Below are positions 41,101-53,100 of a stretch of DNA of 64,000 bases, piece by piece. Position numbers and translations under genes: made by a program. The notes beneath the pieces were generated by a model. It was not told the origin of the DNA and ran no database searches. It was given only the letters and a program-made list of their open reading frames with translations. Positions within the stretch are counted from its first letter, which is position 1; every line of letters starts with the position of its first letter. Source of the stretch: Girardia tigrina (Eukaryota); assembly GCA_001938485.1 (NCBI GenBank), contig MQRK01227159.1:62001-126000 (forward strand). The letters are read 5' to 3'.

Positions 41101-44100
41101 CTTGGCTATCATTTTATTTCGAAAACAATTTTTTTAATAGTTATTCGGAAAACTATTTTTTACGAAAATATTTTACCATAAAATAACTTATCCAAGAATT
41201 TTTGTTCTTGAAAATCATTTGTTTTTTCATTGATAGGCATGTCAGATTACTAAAATAAATGATTATAATTTGAAAAAATAGGATTTTATGAAAGTGATAA
41301 TTTATTAAACATAAAAAATAAAATTAAATCTAAATTTTTACTTCACTTTCCATAAATGTATACTAATCAATTTCCCAAAATGCTAGTTTTTTCTCTGTCA
41401 TATTATTTCAAATAAACAACACTGTATATGGAATTACAGATTGATTACATCATTTATTTCTTTCTTATAATTTGAAGTTGAAAAGGTCAGGTCAATTTTT
41501 TCCAGTTCGCAAAATATTTGGGGGCCCGGGTCCCTGTGAAAAGATCCATCAGCACTATTACCGAGATTTTTTCTCCCGATGTAGGCGTAGAGAAAAATCA
41601 TATTTCCTTTTGTTTTAGGTCACGGAAAATTCTATTTCTAATTTTCTGACCCTTAAGAAACAGTAACCAGTTAGTTTTGTGTGAATATCATTCACTACGT
41701 TAGAGAAAGGTAAAGAAAATAGTGTAAAAACTTAAATATTACGTGTCAGCTCTAATGGAAGCATGATAATGTAAGGCAACATAAACCAAGAGAATTTTTA
41801 GTGAAGATGATTCATCAGTCTGTATTTAGATTTTTCCTACACCAAACCAACAGGTGGATTTTCAAAACTATTAAAAGGATCCTATGAAGGAGGAATTCCA
41901 TGTCTATACAACAAGGACTGAAAATATCGTCGATAACTTGCACTTTTATTAATATTTCTATTATTACGACAAATGAAATTACTACCAAACGAATTCTATG
42001 ATAAATAATTTAATCTAAAAATACAAAAACAACATTTCTCAAAATGTTTTCTTTTCATATGCTACAGAAATTTTATAAATTATTTAGATTACAGAAAGTA
42101 ACTTCATCTCCATGAATTATTATTCCAGAAAAAACAAAACTGAATAAGTATTATTATACTTACTGTATAATAATACTAATTATAATAATAATAATAATAA
42201 ATAATAATAATATTTTACCTAAATTTCGTTTTCTTTTATCTTTAGCTATAGTTACTTGAATTTGACATTTGATTATAAAGTTATATATTTTTAGGATTTT
42301 GATTCAGACCCTGAATTAAAAAATGAAATGAAATTACTCCTAGAAGATCTAGTATGTAATCAAAACTTGATACCAAATGAGCATAAAGTCGCGGGACAGC
42401 TACTCAGGCAACTAATGGACGATCAATTAGTCCTCAAGAAAATCGATCTAGATGTTATCTTAACCCCTATTCATGTAAAAATAAACTGATTTGTTTTTAA
42501 AAATGATTATTTCTCAAATAGCAACCTTCCAGAGACTCATTCGATACCTTATCTGCTCTAGATATAGCTGAACAGTTGACTTATCTAGATCACCAGATAT
42601 TTAGATCCATACGCAGCTCGTTAGTTCAATTTAATTAGAATTGATAAATTAACCAATTTTACAGTGAACTACTCAACCAAACCTGGATGAAAGCTGACAA
42701 AGCCGAAAAAGCTCCTCATGTTCTTCTTGTGAGCACAAGATTCAACGAAGTAAAAAATTGATATAATTATCATATTGTAATTAACATTATGTATAATTTC
42801 AGAATTTTTTGAATTTTTAATGACATTATTATAAGTAAAATTTCTAAGGTTGTATATCAAAAATAAATAAGTGAAAAATACTAAGTAGCCCGTAGATATT
42901 TTTTAAACGTATTGCAAAAGATCACTACCTTTATTTACTAATTTCAGTTCTCTTGTGATAAGAGCATTATTAATTTGATCTTAGAATGATATAATAATAA
43001 TAATAAATAGAAAATGGGAATAAAAGTCACAAAAACAAGTTAAGGATAGTCCTTGGATGTATAAGTAAAAATGAAACTTGATTATTTATTAGTTTTCAGT
43101 CGCATGACAATTTTTTATGAAAAATAAAAGTCATCCATTTCAAAATATATTTTTACAGAAAATATATTTCGATGGATCAACCGTCATCTTCAGGTCACTG
43201 ACTAATAATATTCACCTGTATAAAAATTAAAAAAATATGACTATGTAATCGATTGCATGAAATCACGCTAATCCGACATTTTCAATAAACTGATTGAGAC
43301 TGCCGTTTGAATATTGATTTTAGGACGAGGCGACTTAATTAAGAATGCTTCTCATGATACCCTCCCAATAACTATCAAATGTTTCGATTATTTTTTTAAA
43401 TATTAAAAAAAATTTAATATGATTGGATAATTTACTTTAGACATTTAAGCATGGTTTTAAATGCTTTATAAATAATGTCTCAGTGACTTTCCTCTCATGA
43501 TATGTGTCATGCTTAAATATTAAAAGTGAATTATCCAATCATATTAAAATTTTTTAATATTTAAAAAAAATATTTTGTATTTGTCAATGTGCCATATAAG
43601 TAACTTTTAATCCAAAAGTATTTCACAATTGATGGTGACATAATGCCAAAACATGTTTTTTTGTATAATAAAAAATTATTAAAATGGCATGCTTTCTGTA
43701 TTTTCTTTATAAATAAATTTATATATATATATAATGTAGATCTTCAATGCCGCTGCTGCCCACCTCTGTTCATAAAGTTTTTTTATAAAGTACAACTCTT
43801 TATAAGACTCGGTTTTATTTTCTGACATACATTGTATTATATATTATATTATTTTTATTAGAATAGATTAATGTTTGCCATATATATTTAAACACTTTCT
43901 TTTGAATAAATTTATAATGAACGTAGTTTTATAATATGTTTAATTCAAAAACTTATTTCTATAAAAATTTAATAATTTGTTTTTGGAAATTTTGTTTGAT
44001 AATATAAAAAATGGCAAGTAATTTATCAATAGAAAATATAAATTTGTTTTCATAGAATAATCTCCAGTTTAAGAGATTATTTCACATCTTCGATCTATGA

Positions 44101-47100
44101 AAATTGTTTTTTATGGCAATAATTAAATAAATAATTATTAACTTTTTCAATTTTCACCGAGAAAATATAATATTATTTATTTTCTTTTAAATATTATGTA
44201 ATTTATATGAATTGTTTTTTTCTTTTTTAATCAACTTTTAACAACACTAAAAACCCTATTTAAAATTCATCTAAATATTCTTAACCCTTTCCAGCCCAAA
44301 TTATTATTTTTGAAAAAAAATTTTTTTATTCTTGTTTTGTTTGCTAAGAAACAAGTGAGAATCGCGCTTTTTTGCATTCTAATATATGTAGTGTCATCTA
44401 TTAGACTTTTTAGAAACTATTACTATGTGCGAAATTTTATACCTAACCAAAAACGTGGGGCGGATTTCTGAATTACTGCTATTAGTAACTGCTATTTCCT
44501 CTTTACTGCTTTTTAGTAACAATCGATCATTTCTATTCCTCACGTTTTTGGTTAGGTATAAAATTTCGCACATGTCTAGAAAAAAAATTATTTTCCTCTT
44601 TTTAGTGCATTGGTAATGCTTGAAAAACGTGGTTGTTTTTATAAAAATTTTTTTTTATTNNNNNNNNNNNNNNNNNNNNNNNNNNNNNNNNNNNNNNNNN
44701 NNNNNNNNNTTTTATTAATAATATTATTTAACTATTTTTAGTTATCATTTAGGAATTCAAATCTTTCGATTGATTTCGAATAACAGAAATGATAATAAAA
44801 CCAAAATAACAAAGTTTTATTTTAATAACAACAAGTTTTATTTCAAAATAATTTTTTTGTACGTATTAATTAATATTATTGATTTTTTTCATAAAGTTAA
44901 ATTATAGCATATGCGGTTTATGTAGAGCCGTAAATGTTTTAAAATATTGTATTGTCATCGGAAGCAAGCCTGTATAAAAAAATTCAGCTGAATTGGATGA
45001 CTGAAAGTGGTCGAAAAATCAATTACAAGATTTGTTCCAGACAAGAAAGCAAGCTAATAAAAACGTGGTAAAAAGCTTAAAATCCAACCAAGTTATTTTT
45101 GATCTCATAAAAAATAGATGTAATTCAAGAAGAGCTTTAGTTAAAATTGCTATACTTACTTATAAGAAACAATTTAATTACGAAAATTATTATTATTTAA
45201 AACTTTCATAGTCTGGTTTTAGTCGTCCAATTCTTTCGACAAATGTGTTTTTAGTTTAGAAATTTATTTGTAAAAATTGTCTATAGAGCAATAGTAAAGA
45301 TTATTTGTCTTAAGTAGAGCTGTTGGCAAAATTAGAATTCTTTTTAAGAAAATCTTTTCAATGAATGAAATTATATGAATTATCCTCTAACTGCTTTTGG
45401 GAAATGGTTTAAAATAAGTTGATTCCGCGGTAAAGAATATCAACATCTTCATTTTTAAAACGTTTATTCTCATTACAGTTATCGATTTCCGAATTCAGTG
45501 CACAAAAATTCAAATCTGATCACAAATCAAAATTGTTAAAACAATTTTTTGACTCATTTATTCTTTAATTATTTTATTTAATTAATATTACAATTTAAAA
45601 TAAATGAGATTTTTATACTACATTTGGTATTAATTTAAATTTTTGTTTTTTCATTTTAAATTCTGTTTTTAGCAAACATTTTAATTTCATATTATACAAA
45701 ATTCTTAATTAATTAAAATTAAAATAGTTTGTAAATTCAATATTTTTTTAATTATCAATTTTAAATCATTTTTGTTATTTGCATTTATATTGTCTTCAAT
45801 ATTAGAACTAGAATTCATGATGATCAAAATTTTATTAATAATATTCCGCATCAATTTAAATCCTTTTTTGTGTCGAGCGATTTGTTTTGCGGAATTCATC
45901 AGTTGAAAGAATTCTGACTTTGTTTTAGAAAACCATTGATTTGATAAATAAAATTTTGATTTTGAAAACAATTATTTTGAGCTGAATAATTTTTAAATGT
46001 GAGCCGATTAAATTTGATAAATTTTGAAATCTTAAAAATATGGCCACAGCACTACGATTTTTATGACAGTTCTCTCGGGCAACTCAAGAATCATCTTGCC
46101 TTTTTTATAATATATTTTTTATAATAACCAACAGGGTTTGAATTATCCTTGAATATAGTATGAATATAGTAGTCAGTCTTCTGGCACAACCATTCACAAA
46201 TTTTCCATTCGATTCCGTCTAGAGTAATGTCTTTCCGTTGTCTTTTTTCGTTTTCTATTTGGCTTTCAGGTTTAATATCTGAACATATTCGCAATCCCAT
46301 TTTGCGTTTACAGCTCATTTGTAGAATTTCATTGTCATTGTCACATTTATATTCATCTTCTTTATTTTGTTCAATATATATTACTTCAATTTTATCTTCA
46401 GAGTCTGAAAAATCAGTTTTATTTTCCACAAAAGATATGTCAAAATTATTATTACAGTACTCATTGAGTTATTTGAACGCAGAATTATTTAAACTCTCAG
46501 TTATTTCAAGAAAATAGTTTAGTAAAAATAGTGTTTCATTATTTTTCCAAATGATTTAATGGCATTTTTAAAATTATGACATAATTTTCATAATTGAGTT
46601 ACTTGAGTAATTGAGTTATTTGAATCTTTTACAAATCCCCAAGGATTCAAATAAATCAGTGGCTACTGTACTTGAATCAATGCTCGAACGGTCTTCCAAT
46701 ATACTAGTGAGTTCTTTGAATTCTTCGAATATTTTTTGCATCCTGGAAATTGTTTCATTGTTGACTAAGATTTAAAAAGAATTAATTTTATTTCTTATAA
46801 ATTTCTCCATCCATTTTACGAGAATGCACTTTTTACCAAGAACTTTATTACATTAGAAGAACTTTATCCCGGCTGATAGCGATTGCATTCTGATTACATA
46901 TACTTGTTAGACCGTTCAGTTCTAAAATTCATCATAATCGGAGCAAAATAGATACCGTTATAGTGGAAGCCAAACACTTTGCATCTTTCAACTTTGAAAT
47001 TGGCTAAGCCATCATTTTGATCTGGCTTGGTATAAATAAGTATTGGTCATACTGATTATGAAATTAAAGTGGGTGAGTGAAAATTGAATAAGAATATTTA

Positions 47101-50100
47101 ACTGTTCTTATATTCCATCAAACGTCATGTAATTAAATTCTAGAACAATAAGTAATATATATATATATCAAATTTTTAAGCAACAAATTTAGAAACCATC
47201 AAAATGACGGTCTTAGTAGTTCTGATTCTTTAGAAAGTTTTTGTAGTTGCCTATTTTTAAAAGAATAGGCATGTGTTCTCCAAATATAATTTTGTGGCTC
47301 CAAGAGGGCCATGTGGCTTACGTTGATAACCCTTGATCTAAAGGTCTAATAAAAACGCTTCATATATCGATCACTCTTAAAAGTTAATGTTTCTTTAAAT
47401 TGTTACTTTTCGAATTTAAAAATGGTGCTTAATTATGAAAATACTTCTGTAAGAAATTATGCACGTTATTGTATCTGATAATGTGAGCAAAGTATCGCTG
47501 GCTTCACTCGATTGCAGAGTATAAAACCCACCACTGATCAACCAAGACTGTTAATCAATTCTCTTCTGTTGTTTCTGCTGATAGCGATACAATTGGAGCA
47601 ACAACTTTCTCCCGTGTCCCACACATCTATCCCACATTATACAATCTATATTTAACGATGAATTCAGTCATCGAGTCGTCTTTAAATTTCTCAAAAATTT
47701 CGAATGGATCACACGCTCATTCAAGATTGAATTGTCACTTGCTTTACTCCCATTACAATAAACATAAATAATCGACAGTAAAAGACAATCAACTCATTTA
47801 AATCGATATTATCGTTCTGGTTATTGATAAAATGATCGATTTGTGTCCGATCGCAAAAACGTAGAGAGACCACCAAACACTTGACAGTCAGTCTGGGAGC
47901 GTGCTCGCCCTTCCTCGCTACCACTCAACTGCCTATCAATACTGCCCGTGCAAATTCCCGTTTGTCTCTCAATCAATCGCGGAACTCACACAAGCGACAA
48001 TCCCGAGAAATTAACTCGATATTCAACAATTTTGTGTAAAATTCTTTCACAATCGATCGATTCATGTTTCAATAATTAATAAATTTCTTTAACTGAAACC
48101 ACAACACAAAAGTGGTCAAATTGTTTTATTTAAAACAAAATTCACAAATTATATCACATGTACAATTTATTTTTTATATAGTTTTTGTATCATTTATTTT
48201 AATATTTAAAATAATTTTTAATCCAAAACAGATGACTATTTATAGATTAAATTCATAACAAAACTAAAAGTTCATTTCTTATTCATATTTTTATTCTTCT
48301 GTTTTGTGATTTTTTTAATATTTCACAGTTGATAAATTGCATTTAAAATCCATTTTTGTTACTTATCATTTGTTTTGTACATTTAAAATAACTATTGGAA
48401 ATATTTGTTGAAATTCTGATAGGCCAAATAAATTAACAAAAACTTTATGGATAACTTAGTTAATGAATTCAGAAAAATGATACATTCTATAAAGTAATTA
48501 CCTATTTTCTATCATTAAAATAAATAGCTATTAAAATGATAGAAAAATAATAAAATTGTAGATAATTTTTACGGAGCAATTTCTGTTTAATTTGTCTATA
48601 ATTAGCTTAGTAGACTAGTGGTCTCGGAAATTGTCAGTCGGACAGACATAAATGAAAGAGTAGCTTGTATAGAAAAATGGGGGGCTATTGCTGATATTTG
48701 CCGCTGTATTCATAACTACAATGGAGTATTACAAATTTGTGCTGCATTTGTGAATAGCTCAGTGTATCGGCTCAAGAGAACGTGGGAAAAGGTGCCAAAA
48801 CAAAGTAGAGTAACTATTGAAAAACTTCAGACCCTCGTATCATCAGATGGCAGATTTAAAAATATGAGAGAAGCATTACACAGGTATAAATCAATTCATT
48901 TTATATTTATTTCATTTCATTATTATTGTTTTTTTTATAAATGATTAACCTTAATAATTATTTTGAAGGCCCTTAGGAAAAAGCAAAAAAAATATATCTT
49001 TTAACGATTCAATTAGTGATTTCTAATTTTTTTTAAATTCTAATGAATACATTACTTTTCAATTTGACCAAATCTATAGGGTTTCTCTGCATCTTTTTGT
49101 ATAATAGATTCGTGTGGGGTTATGCTGCATTTTACTTAGGAACGGATGGTAATCCACTTGACAGGAGGAACATTAAAGAGAACGAAGTAAAACCTATTAA
49201 AACAATTATTTAAGTTAAATGTCTTAAAGTATAGGATTTATCAATCTATTGAATAATTGTTACAATCCATTAAATAATCCGATAAAGTGACTATCAACAG
49301 AGAATACTATCGACAAAATATACTCCCTATCTACGCTATATGTCTGAAGAATCGTCTCCAATTTCTTATAAAAGGAAATAGCATCATTATGCAAGACATT
49401 GCCTCCGCCCACACGGCGAGAATAAAAATTTTTGAAATTGAAGTCGTTTCCCATACTGTGGACTGATTGGCCGGGTAACTTGCCCGATTTAAACCCCATT
49501 GAGCAATTTTGAGTTTACTACAAGATGGTGTGTTTAAGGCACCGCGTCCGAAGACAAGGAACCAATTACTCACTCGGATACTAAACAATTGGGAGTAGTT
49601 ACCATAGAATCTGGTTCGATCGAAGCCTGACTCATTCGGGAAGCGCATTGAGGAATGTTTAAAAAATATTGGATACCCCACGCATTTTTGATATTTTACA
49701 CAATTAATAACCAGAATGTGCTTAGTATGTCTTCTTAATATCAAAACATTCGAATTTCTAGTTCTCATTTTATTTGTAAAAATCTGATGAGGGAAATTTC
49801 TGGCCACCCTGTAATAGAAAGTAAAAATAAACTTAAACAAATATTTATAATTCTAAACGCTTAAATTTAAAAATTGCAAAAAAAAACATACTATCAAATT
49901 TATATTAGAATTATGTCCCATGTCATTGAGTGGCTCAAATTACAAAAATTCTTAAAAATTCAAAATTATAGGGTTATTGCATCAATTTTTCCAAAAATAT
50001 AAGTATTAAATTCCATTAATGTTTTACACAAATTTCTTTTATTATAAAAAATCGGATTGTATATTTTTTAAACAATCAGTCTTAAAATCTCTTAGAGAAG

Positions 50101-53100
50101 TTTTGAAAGTTTTAAATTGAAACCTTCTCCGTTTACACATTCCAGTATTTATTCATACCGGTCACTAAAGAAATATTTCTACTTCCAGCTTACATCTAAA
50201 AATAAACTGATATATTCCATATACTTCAACTTATGCTAGTTCTAATTACGACCTTAAATCCCACTTCATCAATAAAAACATAATTTTATTATCGTTGTTT
50301 GTTTCCAGGTTACGACATGAGTGAGCTTATTTTTCTATTGAATTAATAACACTTAATTGATAAAAATTTCTTGTTTCGGGTAATAATGCAACTTAATTCC
50401 AGGTATATAGGGTATTGTGAAAGTCTTGACAAAAAAGAACTCCAAACAGATAAGCTTGTATTAGGTTGTTCGATATGAAACGGGTCAAACTTCACACCTT
50501 ACATTTCAATCGCGTATAACTTAACTTTGAACTATCGTATGAAAATAAATAAGGTATTTCTTGACAGATATATTATTCCTCTTTAAAAATCAATTATTTA
50601 ATTTCAAATATATTGAATAGTTTCTTGTCAACAAACAATCAAACAGCGCAATGGAAATCAGTGAAATCAGAATTTTAATGATATATGAGTTCCACCGTGG
50701 AGCCACAACACGTCAGGCAGTTGGAAATATCAACAGTGTGTATCCTACTCAAGCCGTTACGCAAACGACAGTAGCTCACTGGTTCAAGAGATTTCNNNNN
50801 NNNNNNNNNNNNNNNNNNNNNNNNNNNNNNNNNNNNNNNNNNNNNNNNNNNNNNNNNNNNNNNNNNNNNNNNNNNNNNNNNNNNNNNNNNNNNNNNNNNN
50901 NNNNNNNNNNNNNNNNNNNNNNNNNNNNNNNNNNNNNNNNNNNNNNNNNNNNNNNNNNNNNNNNNNNNNNNNNNNNNNNNNNNNNNNNNNNNNNNNNNNN
51001 NNNNNNNNNNNNNNNNNNNNNNNNNNNNNNNNNNNNNNNNNNNNNNNNNNNNNNNNNNNNNNNNNNNNNNNNNNNNNNNNNNNNNNNNNNNNNNNNNNNN
51101 NNNNNNNNNNNNNNNNNNNNNNNNNNNNNNNNNNNNNNNNNNNNNNNNNNNNNNNNNNNNNNNNNNNNNNNNNNNNNNNNNNNNNNNNNNNNNNNNNNNN
51201 NNNNNNNNNNNNNNNNNNNNNNNNNNNNNNNNNNNNNNNNNNNNNNNNNNNNNNNNNNNNNNNNNNNNNNNNNNNNNNNNNNNNNNNNNNNNNNNNNNNN
51301 NNNNNNNNNNNNNNNNNNNNNNNNNNNNNNNNNNNNNNNNNNNNNNNNNNNNNNNNNNNNNNNNNNNNNNNNNNNNNNNNNNNNNNNNNNNNNNNNNNNN
51401 NNNNNNNNNNNNNNNNNNNNNNNNNNNNNNNNNNNNNNNNNNNNNNNNNNNNNNNNNNNNNNNNNNNNNNNNNNNNNNNNNNNNNNNNNNNNNNNNNNNN
51501 NNNNNNNNNNNNNNNNNNNNNNNNNNNNNNNNNNNNNNNNNNNNNNNNNNNNNNNNNNNNNNNNNNNNNNNNNNNNNNNNNNNNNNNNNNNNNNNNNNNN
51601 NNNNNNNNNNNNNNNNNNNNNNNNNNNNNNNNNNNNNNNNNNNNNNNNNNNNNNNNNNNNGTGTGTTGACAACATGGGGGGATATTTTGATTAAAAATAA
51701 AATGTTATTATTTAAAAAAAATCGATTTACATTTTACTTTAATTTTGACCCGTTTCATATCGAACAACCTAATATATTTCAGACAATGTAAAAGATTCCG
51801 CAATGAAACTTTAAATTCATATTAAATAGAAGTTTTTTAAATAATTTATTCAAAATGATCGTCTCACGCATGCACAACGGCTTCCAGACGTTTCCTAAAT
51901 GCGGCACAGGCTTTAAACACAAATGTCTCTGGCAGATTCTTCCAGACCTTCTCAGCGGAATTCCCCCTTGGACTTGACACTTGTGTGACGAGTACGGCAG
52001 ACTTAACTCTTTATGTGAGCCCATATGGAGTAATACAGAGGATTGACATCTGGTGAAGATGATGACCACATTTTTTGGTTATAGAAAGTACAGCTTAGAC
52101 CTCAAAGAATTTTTAAATGGCTTGGTACATGGTCTTGATAAAAACAAAAATTCCCCGGGAAACTCCTTCTTCAGGCACGGCAGTAGAGTTTGGGTCAGAG
52201 CTCCTAGTAACATGTAGCAATTCGTCCGTATCCAACAGGAAAGAATACTGGAGGCTGAATTTTCCAATCGCTGCCGCCAAATCTAGTAGCACTATGCTGA
52301 TAGCATGCTTTGTTCTGCTAATCGTTCGTGCGTCACTGATATCATCATCGCCTAAGCGAGTGACACGGTTATTTCGACGGTTCCATGATGGATCCACTGT
52401 AAATGGTTTTTCATTTTCAAAGATGTTAACAATTCTAGCTGGACGGGACTTCATATAGTTCAAAAGGGCCTGACATCATTTAAAGTGATTCTGCTTCATC
52501 GCAGTGGTTAGCAAAGGTCTCTCGATTATTCAAAGACTCTTGCCACTAGGTTTCCTGACTGCACGACTGACATGTGACTTATGAACATCAAACTTTGAAA
52601 CATGATTGAACTGTGATTGATTGCTCTAGATCGACCTTGATATTCCTTCTGAGCTAGGATAAATTTCCAAAAAAAACTTTCTAATCCCACCAAATGCCCA
52701 ACAAAACCTTTTTTGTTTGGGATCTGTGTTTGCTGATATTGAAGGATACTACCGATTTTTCTTAAAGTCCTTTTTGGTGTACGTTGTGGTGCATTATTCA
52801 CTTTTAGTCATCAGTTACCAGTTACTTCAGTTTGTTTATGAGTTTACTGAATGCAAATGTTCTCATTGAAAGCACTTTTTCTGATTATTGATGAGGCACC
52901 AAAATATCAAGTTTTGAAACGAAACCAAGTTTATCTAAAGGATTCTAGGCGGTGGTCTTGGAGATCTGTAACATATTGACTAGCTCTCTGGTCATAATTT
53001 GTGAATTATCAATGATTCATTTCTTATTTTCCTCGTCATTCACATACAATGGTTAAGCTGAAATAATCTTTGAAGTTTCTTTTCTTTGAGTTAGTGAACC

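Larger units (their letters stand above)
37662..41557 (-). mobile_element. hAT element (ZMYM1/Tip100-like transposase, degenerate, about 39150-40640) with nested mariner and MITE
   Basis: [78 protein letters not shown] motifs; CAGTGG start and TTTGGGGG(G)CCC subterminal motifs. No TSD found. Confidence 0.75.
34130..41950 (+). mobile_element. Degenerate Gypsy/Ty3 LTR retrotransposon internal region, split by nested insertions
   Basis: Protease-end motif FNLFIDCKN (about 34700); RT motifs [15 protein letters not shown], [32 protein letters not shown] (35190-35500); continuation at 36277-36450, 37440-37660 and YEG-like C-terminal remnant near 41880. The distal pieces are less certain. Confidence 0.65.
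43100..43830 (-). mobile_element. Penelope-like element 3' remnant (GIY-YIG endonuclease tail plus hammerhead-like motif)
   Basis: Minus strand [15 protein letters not shown] (typical GIY-YIG C-terminus), followed by CTGAAGA-TGACGG-TTGAT-CCATC-GAAA. Confidence 0.6.
44285..46760 (-). mobile_element. piggyBac-like remnant (terminus TTAA|CCCTTT and acidic transposase N-terminus), with nested inserts
   Basis: TTAACCCTTTCCAGCCC at 44281; minus-strand IFEEF...DFSDSED...TLDGIEWK N-terminus (46091-46740). That terminus and coding part belong to one element is inferred. Confidence 0.45.
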
